Positions 9,214 to 17,460 of a stretch of DNA of 64,000 nt are shown here, in pieces. The notes beneath the pieces were generated by a model, which was given only the letters and a program-made list of their open reading frames with translations, made no database searches and was not told the origin of the DNA. Numbering within the stretch: position 1 is the stretch's first letter; the number at the start of each line of letters is the position of its first letter. The stretch spans positions 412,249 through 476,248 of IMG/VR virus record IMGVR_UViG_3300018080_008436. One strand, 5' to 3'. Both the position numbers and the translations under genes were made by a program.

Positions 9214-9495
9214 TTAACCAAGAGTATCTTGAACTCTGTCCTCTCGTAACCAAAATTCTCCACTTCCACCAACAGGTTTCAATTTATATTGTGTCCTGCC
9301 GAACATTTTACGTTTACTAAGAACTTCAACAGGAAAGAAAACAGAAGTTGACCCTCTTCCAATTTCATAAAACTGAGCATATTTTATTTGTCCAACTTCG
9401 CTCTCATCCAGTTCCATCTCTTCTGGCACTTTTCTTTCTGGCTCTTCCTTCTGTGGCATAGGAGGAATTACTTGAGCCGCCTTCATTATTTTCAT
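9214..9495 (-). CDS. hypothetical protein with MKIMKAAQ leader
   Basis: 93-aa ORF coupled to its neighbours. Confidence 0.65.
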   Translation of the reverse strand: MKIMKAAQVIPPMPQKEEPERKVPEEMELDESEVGQIKYAQFYEIGRGSTSVFFPVEVLSKRKMFGRTQYKLKPVGGSGEFWLREDRVQDTLG

Positions 9496-9920
9496 TATCC
9501 ATCTCCTTTTATTATCTCGAATCCATTATCTAACCAACCTGCAACTGGAACTCCTTCAACAGGAGAGATGCCCATGCCAAATTTCAAAGAGACGACATCA
9601 TATCCAAGCATTCTCAAAAGAACCAAAGCTTGACTGGAAGTATGACCAACATAACAAACAAGAAGAATCTTTTTGTCTTTAGGTAATTTATCCAGGTTCT
9701 CTTTTTCTAATAAATCTAGCCAGAAAATGTTCTCTGCTCCTTCGATATGCCCTTCAGCAAAGTCTTCGGGCTTTCTTATGTCTAAGATGAAGAAGTTATC
9801 CAAGCCTTTTTCCTTCAACTCAACAGGAGTGATGTAGTTCCAAGTATCGTCTGTTTTGTCAATGAACTCTTTCAGCTTTTCCGTGAAAGTTAGATCGCAT
9901 GATATTTTTATGAGCTTCAT
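9495..9920 (-). CDS. rhodanese-domain protein with MKLIKIS leader
   Basis: ILDIRKPEDFAEGHIEGAENI; active-site loop VCYVGHTS; LRMLGY...GW. Confidence 0.85.
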   Translation of the reverse strand: MKLIKISCDLTFTEKLKEFIDKTDDTWNYITPVELKEKGLDNFFILDIRKPEDFAEGHIEGAENIFWLDLLEKENLDKLPKDKKILLVCYVGHTSSQALVLLRMLGYDVVSLKFGMGISPVEGVPVAGWLDNGFEIIKGDG

Positions 9921-9958
9921 TCACCCTTCCTTAATTCATAAGTATAGTCTTATTATAC

Positions 9959-9983
9959 TTCTAAATAAGGTGTTAGTATCCCT
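9959..9983 (-). promoter_or_regulatory. AGG-N19-GAA putative late promoter
   Basis: AGG gatactaacaccttattta GAAGTA. Confidence 0.6.
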
Positions 9984-10073
9984 ACACAAAAATACCCCCT
10001 GAGGCGAACCTAAGCAAGTCCATCGCAAGCGATATACTCGCTTTGAGACGAATCCCAAGGGGCAAATACTAAG

Positions 10074-10427
10074 TTACCTGTTGGGTTTTATGACTATTAC
10101 ATCAAAAACTCCACTATTTTGATCATTAGCTTCATCTAATGAATCTATGTCAGGGGACATTCGCTCTACGGAATCTATGTGTCGCTCATCAGGTGTTATT
10201 TCCTCTAAGGAATCGACATACTGCTCATCAAACTCTTCTAAACTATCTGTAACTTTCATGACAACTTGGCGATTTTCTATTTCATCCCAAATGTCACTAA
10301 GATCGTTATGACTTTCTACGAAACCTAAGCTTCCAACTCTCATTTGGGTATTAGTATCAGTATTGTGTATGTAAATTACCCCAGTTTCATAAACCCTCAG
10401 TTCACAATTCCTAATGATTATTTCCAC
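10074..10427 (-). CDS. hypothetical protein
   Basis: 117-aa ORF, GTG start after AGGAG. Confidence 0.6.
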   Translation of the reverse strand: MEIIIRNCELRVYETGVIYIHNTDTNTQMRVGSLGFVESHNDLSDIWDEIENRQVVMKVTDSLEEFDEQYVDSLEEITPDERHIDSVERMSPDIDSLDEANDQNSGVFDVIVIKPNR

Positions 10428-10457
10428 TTTTGGCTCCTAGTTTATTACAGTAATCCT

Positions 10458-10709
10458 TTATTCACCTTCTCTGTACCTTCTTCTTTCCAAACATCTATTG
10501 TAATTGTCTCGATAATTTAACTCTATGTCAGGATTTGGCAACAATCTAAGATTGACACTAATCTGGGTTATAATATCCTCTATGCTATCCCCAATTAGTA
10601 CTTGCTTACCTTGTTCAACATTGCACGCAATATAATCTTCCACCAAATTTTCCTCTATCTCGCCAAGAACCTGAAATCCATTAAAAATAGTTACTAGCGT
10701 CTTCTTCAT
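10458..10709 (-). CDS. hypothetical protein
   Basis: 83-aa ORF with GAGG SD and TGTATAAT upstream. Confidence 0.6.
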   Translation of the reverse strand: MKKTLVTIFNGFQVLGEIEENLVEDYIACNVEQGKQVLIGDSIEDIITQISVNLRLLPNPDIELNYRDNYNRCLERRRYREGE

Positions 10710-10843
10710 GATTTAACCTCTTTATGCTACTTACCATAAGGACATTATACAGATAACCTTGATTCATTTTTCTCTTGTAAAAAGCAACATTTTTCCACCT
10801 GGACTCTTACTATCAGAGATTCTGGTTTTCAAGCAAAATCGAC

Positions 10844-10879
10844 AAAAAAAATGCCCCTTGGGACGAATCCCAAGGGGCA
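10844..10879 (-). terminator. rho-independent terminator with UUCG loop
   Basis: TGCCCCTTGGGA-TTCG-TCCCAAGGGGCA plus U8. Confidence 0.85.
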
Positions 10880-10919
10880 AATATCTTTTACGAAATATCT
10901 ACAGAGTAGGTGTAAATAA

Positions 10920-11318
10920 TTAGCTGTCTTGAATTCCTTCTCTTGCTTTTTGGAGTTTGTCCATTAGCATTTGGTGTTCTTCAGGAGTAGGTTCCTCTGG
11001 AACTATGTCTTCCATTTCGTCATGCTCAAACAAATCCCAAAGCCCTTGCCTTTTTAATTGCTCTTCTATTATAGCCGCACGGAATTTATTGCATTTACCT
11101 TCGAAATAATCATCTACTTCAGCCAAATCAAGTGGTTGGTTTATAGCATCTTGGAAAATTTTTCTGAACCTGGCTAATACAGCTTCTGTACCTCCATCCC
11201 AATCTCCTTCCAAATCGTTTGCTTTTTTCATCCACCCAGCCTTCTTCCCCATATCAGTCCACTCTTTGCGAGTCATCTTAATCCTAGTTTTTCCACCAGC
11301 AGTTTTAACTATTTTCAT
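10920..11318 (-). CDS. hypothetical protein with shared N-terminal leader module
   Basis: MKIVKTAGGKTRIKMTRKEWTDMGKKAGWMKKA; AGG-N18-GAATAA at 11354-11377. Confidence 0.75.
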   Translation of the reverse strand: MKIVKTAGGKTRIKMTRKEWTDMGKKAGWMKKANDLEGDWDGGTEAVLARFRKIFQDAINQPLDLAEVDDYFEGKCNKFRAAIIEEQLKRQGLWDLFEHDEMEDIVPEEPTPEEHQMLMDKLQKAREGIQDS

Positions 11319-11397
11319 TTTAATCTCTCCATTAAGGTCTTAATTCTAATTTATTCAAAATCTTTTCTTTTGATCCTTTAATCAGCAGTAATTGTTA

Positions 11398-11925
11398 TTA
11401 AGCCTTTGCCCAAGCCAAGCCTACCCCATTTACACCTAAAGCATTTTTACATGCTTCTATCGTTGTACCTTTAGTTATTACATTATCAACAAAATAAACA
11501 TTCTTGTTGTCTAAATCCATAACGTCTGCATCATCTCTGACAATCATATTGTGCTCTTCAACCGTGTAATTAGGAAGATTTTGCTTTCTCCTTTGATGAG
11601 ATGGTTCTATACTAGAAGACCGACCCAATGGATCATATATCTCAGATCCAGTTATTTTAGCAATTGCCTCGCATAAAAGCATGTTTGACCCCCTATCCCC
11701 TGATGATGATGGAACTGGTACTAAGAGGCTATTAGATGCAACATATTTCGCCATAGTATCAGCCGCTATCTTAATGGCATCTGAATTTTTGTTCTTTATT
11801 TCGTAAGATATCTTTCTAACAAAAGCTTCTTGCTGTGATAGTTCTCTTCTTCTAGGAGAAATATATTGATAAATGGCTATATTTTTGCCATCATTTAAAA
11901 ATTGAGCTTTTTTATACCAGTTCAT
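11398..11925 (-). CDS. phosphoribosyltransferase-fold (ComF-like) protein with MNWYKKAQ leader
   Basis: LLVPVPSS and PRPP-binding loop VYFVDNVITKGTT. Confidence 0.75.
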   Translation of the reverse strand: MNWYKKAQFLNDGKNIAIYQYISPRRRELSQQEAFVRKISYEIKNKNSDAIKIAADTMAKYVASNSLLVPVPSSSGDRGSNMLLCEAIAKITGSEIYDPLGRSSSIEPSHQRRKQNLPNYTVEEHNMIVRDDADVMDLDNKNVYFVDNVITKGTTIEACKNALGVNGVGLAWAKA

Positions 11926-11936
11926 AACAATATTAA

Positions 11937-11961
11937 TTCAAAAATCTGTTCTTCTGACCCT
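11937..11961 (-). promoter_or_regulatory. AGG-N19-GAA putative late promoter
   Basis: AGG gtcagaagaacagattttt GAATTA, 11 nt before the ATG. Confidence 0.65.
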
Positions 11962-11971
11962 TTGTAAACAC

Positions 11972-12004
11972 AAAAATATCCCCTGAGGCGAACCTCAGGG
12001 GATA
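11972..12004 (-). terminator. major capsid gene terminator (UUCG loop)
   Basis: TATCCCCTGAGG-TTCG-CCTCAGGGGATA plus U-tract. Confidence 0.85.
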
Positions 12005-12035
12005 AATACTTTCTACGAGATATCTAAGCTTTCGC

Positions 12036-12899
12036 TTAGCTACCAGCGGTAACTGTGACCTTGGCTACTGCGTAGGTATTGATGATTACAATACCAACTT
12101 CCTCATAAATTACCCAACCGAGGCGGAGCTTCTTTGGATCGTCTGCTGGGAGGACGGTGATATCCTGACGAATCGGGAATGCACCAACGTACTCAGCAGG
12201 AGCGAGCAAGAAGACGGTATCGGTAGGCATCTTTGAAGATACGTGAATATCAGCAGTAAAGAGATGTCCGAACAAACCAGTTGTAAGAACTTCTTTCTGT
12301 GTTGCTTCATCATAGACAGTCTTACCAAATCCACGAATGTCAGCGTAACGAAGAGCATGCATAACAAGCTTACCTACTGTGAGGTCGTGCTGTTCGATGG
12401 TTGCGAAAGCTTGGTTCAAGGCGTTAAGGGTAAGAGCACCACCAGTTGAAACAACGGTATGTGCGGCATCAATTGCGGCGGCGATAGCGTTGAAGATGTT
12501 AAGATCTTCTTCCTTCTGAATCGCTTCTTTAGCTTTGATCTGAGCACGGTCTACAATGTAGAATCTACGAGCTTTAATCTCACTCAAGCGAATAGTAGGA
12601 TTGGTTGCAATCTCGAACGTAGGAACGAGAATTTCTTCACCTTCGGTAATACCATCAGGTACAGCGCCACGACGAGGAATAACCTGGGCGGTCTGGCGAA
12701 CGTCTTTCTCGTAACGTGCATAAGCGCCCTGAGGAAGCTCATCCACCATGAGAAGTTTACGTCCAACTGCTTGATATTCCAATGCTCTACGAATTGGCTC
12801 GACCATGGCCTGAGCCAATGCTACTCTACCTTCAGGTGTCTCAAGCGCCTGAGCGATAAGAGCTTCTCTTTCTGCATTAACAGATCTTTTATTAATCAT
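12036..12899 (-). CDS. major capsid protein (HK97 fold)
   Basis: 287 aa; spine-helix-like DRAQIKAKEAIQKEEDLNIF; C-terminal GWVIYEEVGIVIIN..AV; follows protease/scaffold and decoration genes; strong SD and codon bias. Confidence 0.85.
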   Translation of the reverse strand: MINKRSVNAEREALIAQALETPEGRVALAQAMVEPIRRALEYQAVGRKLLMVDELPQGAYARYEKDVRQTAQVIPRRGAVPDGITEGEEILVPTFEIATNPTIRLSEIKARRFYIVDRAQIKAKEAIQKEEDLNIFNAIAAAIDAAHTVVSTGGALTLNALNQAFATIEQHDLTVGKLVMHALRYADIRGFGKTVYDEATQKEVLTTGLFGHLFTADIHVSSKMPTDTVFLLAPAEYVGAFPIRQDITVLPADDPKKLRLGWVIYEEVGIVIINTYAVAKVTVTAGS

Positions 12900-12969
12900 T
12901 TTGTTTCTCTCCTAATTAGTTGTTCTATAGGGGGTAATAGCCTATAAAATAAACCTTTTTTACTATACC

Positions 12970-13491
12970 TTATACAAGAAGCTTGTATTCGATATAAGTG
13001 TTAGAGTTATCGCCAGCAAGGGCCTGATCGCCATTGATGTCGATGCCAGGTACGCCACTTGGGTATGAGCCAGCGGCACGAGTCAAACGAGCAACAGGAG
13101 TTCCAGTGGTCAAACCACCTTCATCTGTAGTGTCGAGTACACCAAGGGCATTACCATAAAGCAATGCGCCAGGATTGGCGGATGATACGTTTGAAGCGAA
13201 CTGGTCGGTTGCAAACTCACCACCTGAGTGATAGACAGTCATTTTACCTGAAGCTTTGGTTTCGTCAAAATAATCGGAAACCCTGTTCTGCCATCCTGCT
13301 GAGATGCCAGGCATTGCTGAAGCGCTAGTTGACTTGGTGTCACCAGCTACACCGTAAACGGCGGCGTTGGTGCTTGCAAGTACTACTTCGCCAGATGTAT
13401 TAAGAGAGACAAGCTGTCCTTCTTTAATAGTTTCGCCAGAGGCGACATCCTGTTCAGCGGCTACTACATGAAATTTTTCTACAAGAGCCAT
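12970..13491 (-). CDS. putative capsid decoration/cement protein
   Basis: 173 aa, Gly/Ala-rich beta protein (IKEGQLVSL...YGVAGD...GKMTVY) directly upstream of the MCP. Confidence 0.6.
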   Translation of the reverse strand: MALVEKFHVVAAEQDVASGETIKEGQLVSLNTSGEVVLASTNAAVYGVAGDTKSTSASAMPGISAGWQNRVSDYFDETKASGKMTVYHSGGEFATDQFASNVSSANPGALLYGNALGVLDTTDEGGLTTGTPVARLTRAAGSYPSGVPGIDINGDQALAGDNSNTYIEYKLLV

Positions 13492-13677
13492 TTTTTGTTT
13501 CTCCTTTTAGAGTTAATTTTTTGTCAATTTTCATTGACGGTTTTTTAACCAATTTGGTAAACGAAAACCAGCTTAACGCTACGATCTTTCTTCATTGATT
13601 TACTGAAAAAGTTGCCGTCATCTTATTAATCAAAACTGCAAACATTGAATTACTTACCAACTTGTTATATCCCTTTG

Positions 13678-13702
13678 TTCTATATTAATAAGGTGATTTC
13701 CT
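13678..13702 (-). promoter_or_regulatory. AGG-N19-GAA putative late promoter for the decoration/MCP operon
   Basis: AGG aaatcaccttattaatata GAACAA. Confidence 0.65.
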
Positions 13703-13713
13703 GCTTACTATAC

Positions 13714-13760
13714 AAAAAAACCACGAAATATTGCTGATAAAAGCCATATTTCGTGGTTTT
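13714..13760 (-). terminator. rho-independent terminator
   Basis: AAAACCACGAAATAT/ATATTTCGTGGTTTT inverted repeat plus U-tract. Confidence 0.7.
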
Positions 13761-13780
13761 GGCACAAAAATGATTGTTGT

Positions 13781-14014
13781 TTATTCTTTTAGAGACTTTC
13801 TTCTTTGCAATTCTTTTTTCATAGCATCTCTGGTTTTATCTAACTCTTCTAAGTCATATCCCCAATCGATACCATAATTTTCCTGTTCAATAATTTGATT
13901 ATCATAATAAAGCCAAGCCAACTCATTTTCTAATTCTTCTGTTGGAATTTCTTCTATTGGTTCTTTAGATATAATGTATTTATGTTCTTTGTTAGACACT
14001 CTTATTAATTTCAT
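13781..14014 (-). CDS. small hypothetical protein with MKLIRVS leader
   Basis: 77-aa ORF; start overlaps the upstream gene's end. Confidence 0.6.
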   Translation of the reverse strand: MKLIRVSNKEHKYIISKEPIEEIPTEELENELAWLYYDNQIIEQENYGIDWGYDLEELDKTRDAMKKELQRRKSLKE

Positions 14015-14262
14015 AATTTCCCCAATATTTCATCTAATCTTGTTGAAATCTCGACATCTGATAATTGTCTGAATGGAGCCTTAAATACAGTCCCAGACGG
14101 CAATGTAACCTGCACCTTGTCTCCACCTCCCAACACCTCTCTAAACTCATGATAAGTTAATCTATTGGGCTTGGCTCTTAATCCCTTGACATATACGACA
14201 TTGTTGTTTGAGTCTACCCAAACAATCGATGGAATTTTAGAAGATATCTTGATTATTTTCAT
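14011..14262 (-). CDS. small hypothetical protein with MKIIKIS leader
   Basis: 83-aa ORF; AGG-N19-GAATTA at 14272-14296. Confidence 0.6.
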   Translation of the reverse strand: MKIIKISSKIPSIVWVDSNNNVVYVKGLRAKPNRLTYHEFREVLGGGDKVQVTLPSGTVFKAPFRQLSDVEISTRLDEILGKL

Positions 14263-14306
14263 AACAATTAATTCACTAATATAAAAAGAACTTCCTTTAA
14301 GAATAC

Positions 14307-14356
14307 AAAAAAAAGCCGCTCCGGTTTGCTTGCGAACAAGCAGAAGAGCGGCTTTT
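14307..14356 (-). terminator. terminator after the scaffold gene (extended UUCG hairpin)
   Basis: GCCGCTC...GAGCGGC outer stem with inner TGCTTG-TTCG-CAAGCA; U-tract. Confidence 0.75.
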
Positions 14357-14370
14357 AGAGTTAACCGAAC

Positions 14371-17300
14371 TTAACGTTGGTCGTTGTCAATCAAGTTGTC
14401 ATTTAACAACTTGGAACCAATCGTAAACGCTCCAGCGATTTTGTCCTGGAAGCTAGGCTCCTGGGCAGGCTGTGATTGAATTACGATAGCTGGAAGACCA
14501 GTTCCAGCAGTTTTAACTTGCTGTTCAGTAGAAGCAGTTTTAACGGCCTTAACTGGGAACATAGTTTCCGCAACTGAAGCAATTTTATCAACTTCAAACT
14601 GAGCTAATGCAGTAACAACATTATCAAATGTGCTCTTATCAGAAGCAATTCTGTTGTTAGCGGCTAACCATGAAGCAGTACGAAGAGCTTCCTCTTTACG
14701 TGCTTCCTTGATTCTAGCAAGTTGTTCTTCTCTTTTCTGTTGTACCTGTTTGAGATACTTATCATTGATGCCAGGCATATCTGACTGAGTTTCCTTCTCA
14801 ACGCCCATATAAGCGTTATCGATAGGTACATCAGGCTTAGGTGCGTTAACGTCGATGTTATCTGGTCCTTCCTGTCCCATAGTAGCTTTTGCTCTAGGAA
14901 CGTCTGGATTTGCCATCTTTACATCGATGTTGTCAGCGCCTTCATGACCCAAAGAAGCATCGGCTCTAGGAACTCCAGCTTCAACATCACCCTCAACGGT
15001 GTCAACTTCTTTCATCTTTTTCGCTAATGCAAGCTGTCTCTGAGCCTCTTTGAGGTTTTTCTCAGCTTCAGCAATTACAGTACCTTTAATCTCATTATTG
15101 ATTGCAGGCATATCTGATTGAGTAGCTTTCTCAATTCCCATGTAGGAACTATCAACAGCTACGTCTGGCAGACCAGCAGGTGGATTAATGTTATCTGCGC
15201 CTTCATGGCCCATGGTAGCATTAGATCTAGGAACCTGAGGTTTGGCCATAGGAACGTCAATATTATCTGCTCCTTCATTCATCATAGTTGCCTTACTACG
15301 AGGTACTCCAGCTTCAACGTCTTTCTCAATAGTTTTGATGAGCTTAGGCTTACCTGCCAACTTAATGTTGGACTCAGCGCCAGAGCGTCTTACTCTTGAG
15401 GAATTCATTGCCAAAGCCTCTGCAAGTGCGTCGGTATCAAATGTTTCCATATCTTCTCCTTCTGGAACTTCTTCAGCTTCAAATGCAACGTCCTCTGCGA
15501 TGTCCTCTTCCAAGGCTTCATCACCAGTATTTTCAACAACTTCGAGGTTGTCTCCAGTGATGGTTACAGATTCAACTGCGACTTCTTCTGGTTCTTCAAT
15601 AATCTCATCAACCTCTACATCGACTGAGTCGAGTGGTTCGAGATCATCTCCGATTTCAACTTCTTCCAAGATAGCCTGAGCTTTCTTGGCTAAGTTTTCT
15701 TCTTTCTGAATGAACAATTCGTTCATTGTAGCGAGATCGTATTGGCTAAGTGCAATCTTTCCTTCTTTTGCTTCATCAGCAAAAGCTTGGACGTAAATGT
15801 TATCAGATTCTTCTTTAGCGAACTTCTTCTTAATGCAGTTGCAAATTGAAGTTGCTTGAACAACATCATGTCCTTTGCTCTTTTGATCTTCAATACATTC
15901 ATCCATTGGATCTACTTGCATTAAAGTGTCAGCCAATTTTTTCATTTGACGGACTTTGGTAAAACCAAGTCTCTTCAGTTCTTTGCATACGCATTCAGCC
16001 AATGGCTTATCTTTGCAAGGACCGAATCTAGCTACAGTGTTTCCACCATAAGTTCTAGCAATTCTTTCAACGCAGTTAGCAGTTGGGAACGTATCGGCGT
16101 TAGCCTGAGCAGTCTTCAACATTCCAACAACCTTAAGCTTAGAAGCGAACTTCCTTGCTTCTTCTTTGCATTCTGGGCAACTATTGTCAGGAGAAAGATC
16201 CCATTCAACTCTTAACAAGCCGTTTGAAGGATTCTTACTACTAACAATGAGGTTCTTCTCGAAAGAAGTTCCGCATTGTCCGCATTCGCATTTGGTGCGA
16301 CCATCGCCGCTTGCGATGACATCACATTTCTTATTTCCGCAAGCTGGGCAGACATCGCCATGGGCCTCTCTGTTAGCGGCAATACGAACAATAGAATCTT
16401 TATCAATTCTAGTTTGAGCGGCAACTGGAAGTGCTGGCATTTCTTCAGGCTCTTCAGGGCCTTCAACGTCTTCCATACCTTCTTCGCCAACGCTTTTGGT
16501 AGGTTTGATGATTCTAAATTCAATTTCTTTCTTAATGAGAGCTTCGTATTCGGCTCCGCAATTCTGGCAGTTACCGATAATTCCACCGTCATCTTCTTTA
16601 GTTACATCAACATCAGATGAACCACACTCTGGGCAAATGCTCCAAGGAGCTTGCTTTTCGCCAACAGTTGGGATCTCATCCTCTAACTCATCCTCATTAC
16701 CAGTGGTGAGAGCTTGAAGAGCAGGATCTTCTCCCATTGGAGGAGCGTCAAGACCTTCCTCAGGAGCGCCTGGAGCGGCGACTTCGCCTGCGGCCCCTGG
16801 CATTCCGCCACCCATTGGTGACTGAGCAGTTCTTTTCATCTTCTTATTATTATAGGCAACCTGATTAAGGTTTTCCATTTCAATATCAGCGTCAAGTCCG
16901 TCCTCAATGCCTTCTCCTACGAGATCGCCTTCAGGAACGATTTCTTCTTCAATTGGTGCTACTTCTTCGCCAATCGGAATTTCAACTGACTCTTCGCCAG
17001 CATCAGTCTGGACAGCGATTTGAATGGTATTACCATCAATAGTAACATTAGTGATAGAAGCAAGCTTCATATTTTCAGTTGCTAAAGCGCCTTTAGCAAA
17101 CTTAACGATATCTTTCTTGAAAGTGGCAGAAGTCTTTTGAGAACCAAGTTCTTCGAAATCGGTTTCAATTACGATGTCTGCTCCATCAAGTTTTTCAGGA
17201 TTAAGAATTTCTTCCTGAGCCTGGACTCGCTTTCTTGATTCCAAAGAAGCTAGAATTTCTTCTCTTTCAGCATCTCTTTTAGCCTTTTCGTTTTTAACGA

Positions 17301-17460
17301 CAGCTTTGGTTGATGCTTCTTTAGTTTCTTTCTTCTCTTCTTTTTCTTCGCATTCTTCATCCTCTTCGTCACACTCTTCTTCTCCAGCGACAGCTTGCTT
17401 CAGAGCATTTCTAAGTTCGTCCTTAACGTTAACTTTTGCTACTGTAGAGGCTTCAGCAGT
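14371..17460 (-). CDS. C-terminal scaffold/core part of the prohead protease-scaffold protein (Zn-ribbons, internal repeats); reached by a -1 shift
   Basis: Frame is open 72 codons upstream of the TTG at 17244, up to ~17463, with no ATG/GTG; many CxxC pairs; repeated VEAGVPR...EGADNID units. Confidence 0.7.
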   Translation of the reverse strand, partial: TAEASTVAKVNVKDELRNALKQAVAGEEECDEEDEECEEKEEKKETKEASTKAVVKNEKAKRDAEREEILASLESRKRVQAQEEILNPEKLDGADIVIETDFEELGSQKTSATFKKDIVKFAKGALATENMKLASITNVTIDGNTIQIAVQTDAGEESVEIPIGEEVAPIEEEIVPEGDLVGEGIEDGLDADIEMENLNQVAYNNKKMKRTAQSPMGGGMPGAAGEVAAPGAPEEGLDAPPMGEDPALQALTTGNEDELEDEIPTVGEKQAPWSICPECGSSDVDVTKEDDGGIIGNCQNCGAEYEALIKKEIEFRIIKPTKSVGEEGMEDVEGPEEPEEMPALPVAAQTRIDKDSIVRIAANREAHGDVCPACGNKKCDVIASGDGRTKCECGQCGTSFEKNLIVSSKNPSNGLLRVEWDLSPDNSCPECKEEARKFASKLKVVGMLKTAQANADTFPTANCVERIARTYGGNTVARFGPCKDKPLAECVCKELKRLGFTKVRQMKKLADTLMQVDPMDECIEDQKSKGHDVVQATSICNCIKKKFAKEESDNIYVQAFADEAKEGKIALSQYDLATMNELFIQKEENLAKKAQAILEEVEIGDDLEPLDSVDVEVDEIIEEPEEVAVESVTITGDNLEVVENTGDEALEEDIAEDVAFEAEEVPEGEDMETFDTDALAEALAMNSSRVRRSGAESNIKLAGKPKLIKTIEKDVEAGVPRSKATMMNEGADNIDVPMAKPQVPRSNATMGHEGADNINPPAGLPDVAVDSSYMGIEKATQSDMPAINNEIKGTVIAEAEKNLKEAQRQLALAKKMKEVDTVEGDVEAGVPRADASLGHEGADNIDVKMANPDVPRAKATMGQEGPDNIDVNAPKPDVPIDNAYMGVEKETQSDMPGINDKYLKQVQQKREEQLARIKEARKEEALRTASWLAANNRIASDKSTFDNVVTALAQFEVDKIASVAETMFPVKAVKTASTEQQVKTAGTGLPAIVIQSQPAQEPSFQDKIAGAFTIGSKLLNDNLIDNDQR

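Noticed and set aside
12036-12899. Encapsulin nanocompartment (short HK97 shell near a rhodanese)
   Set aside because: Portal, terminase, prohead protease and fibre genes in the same region indicate a true phage capsid.
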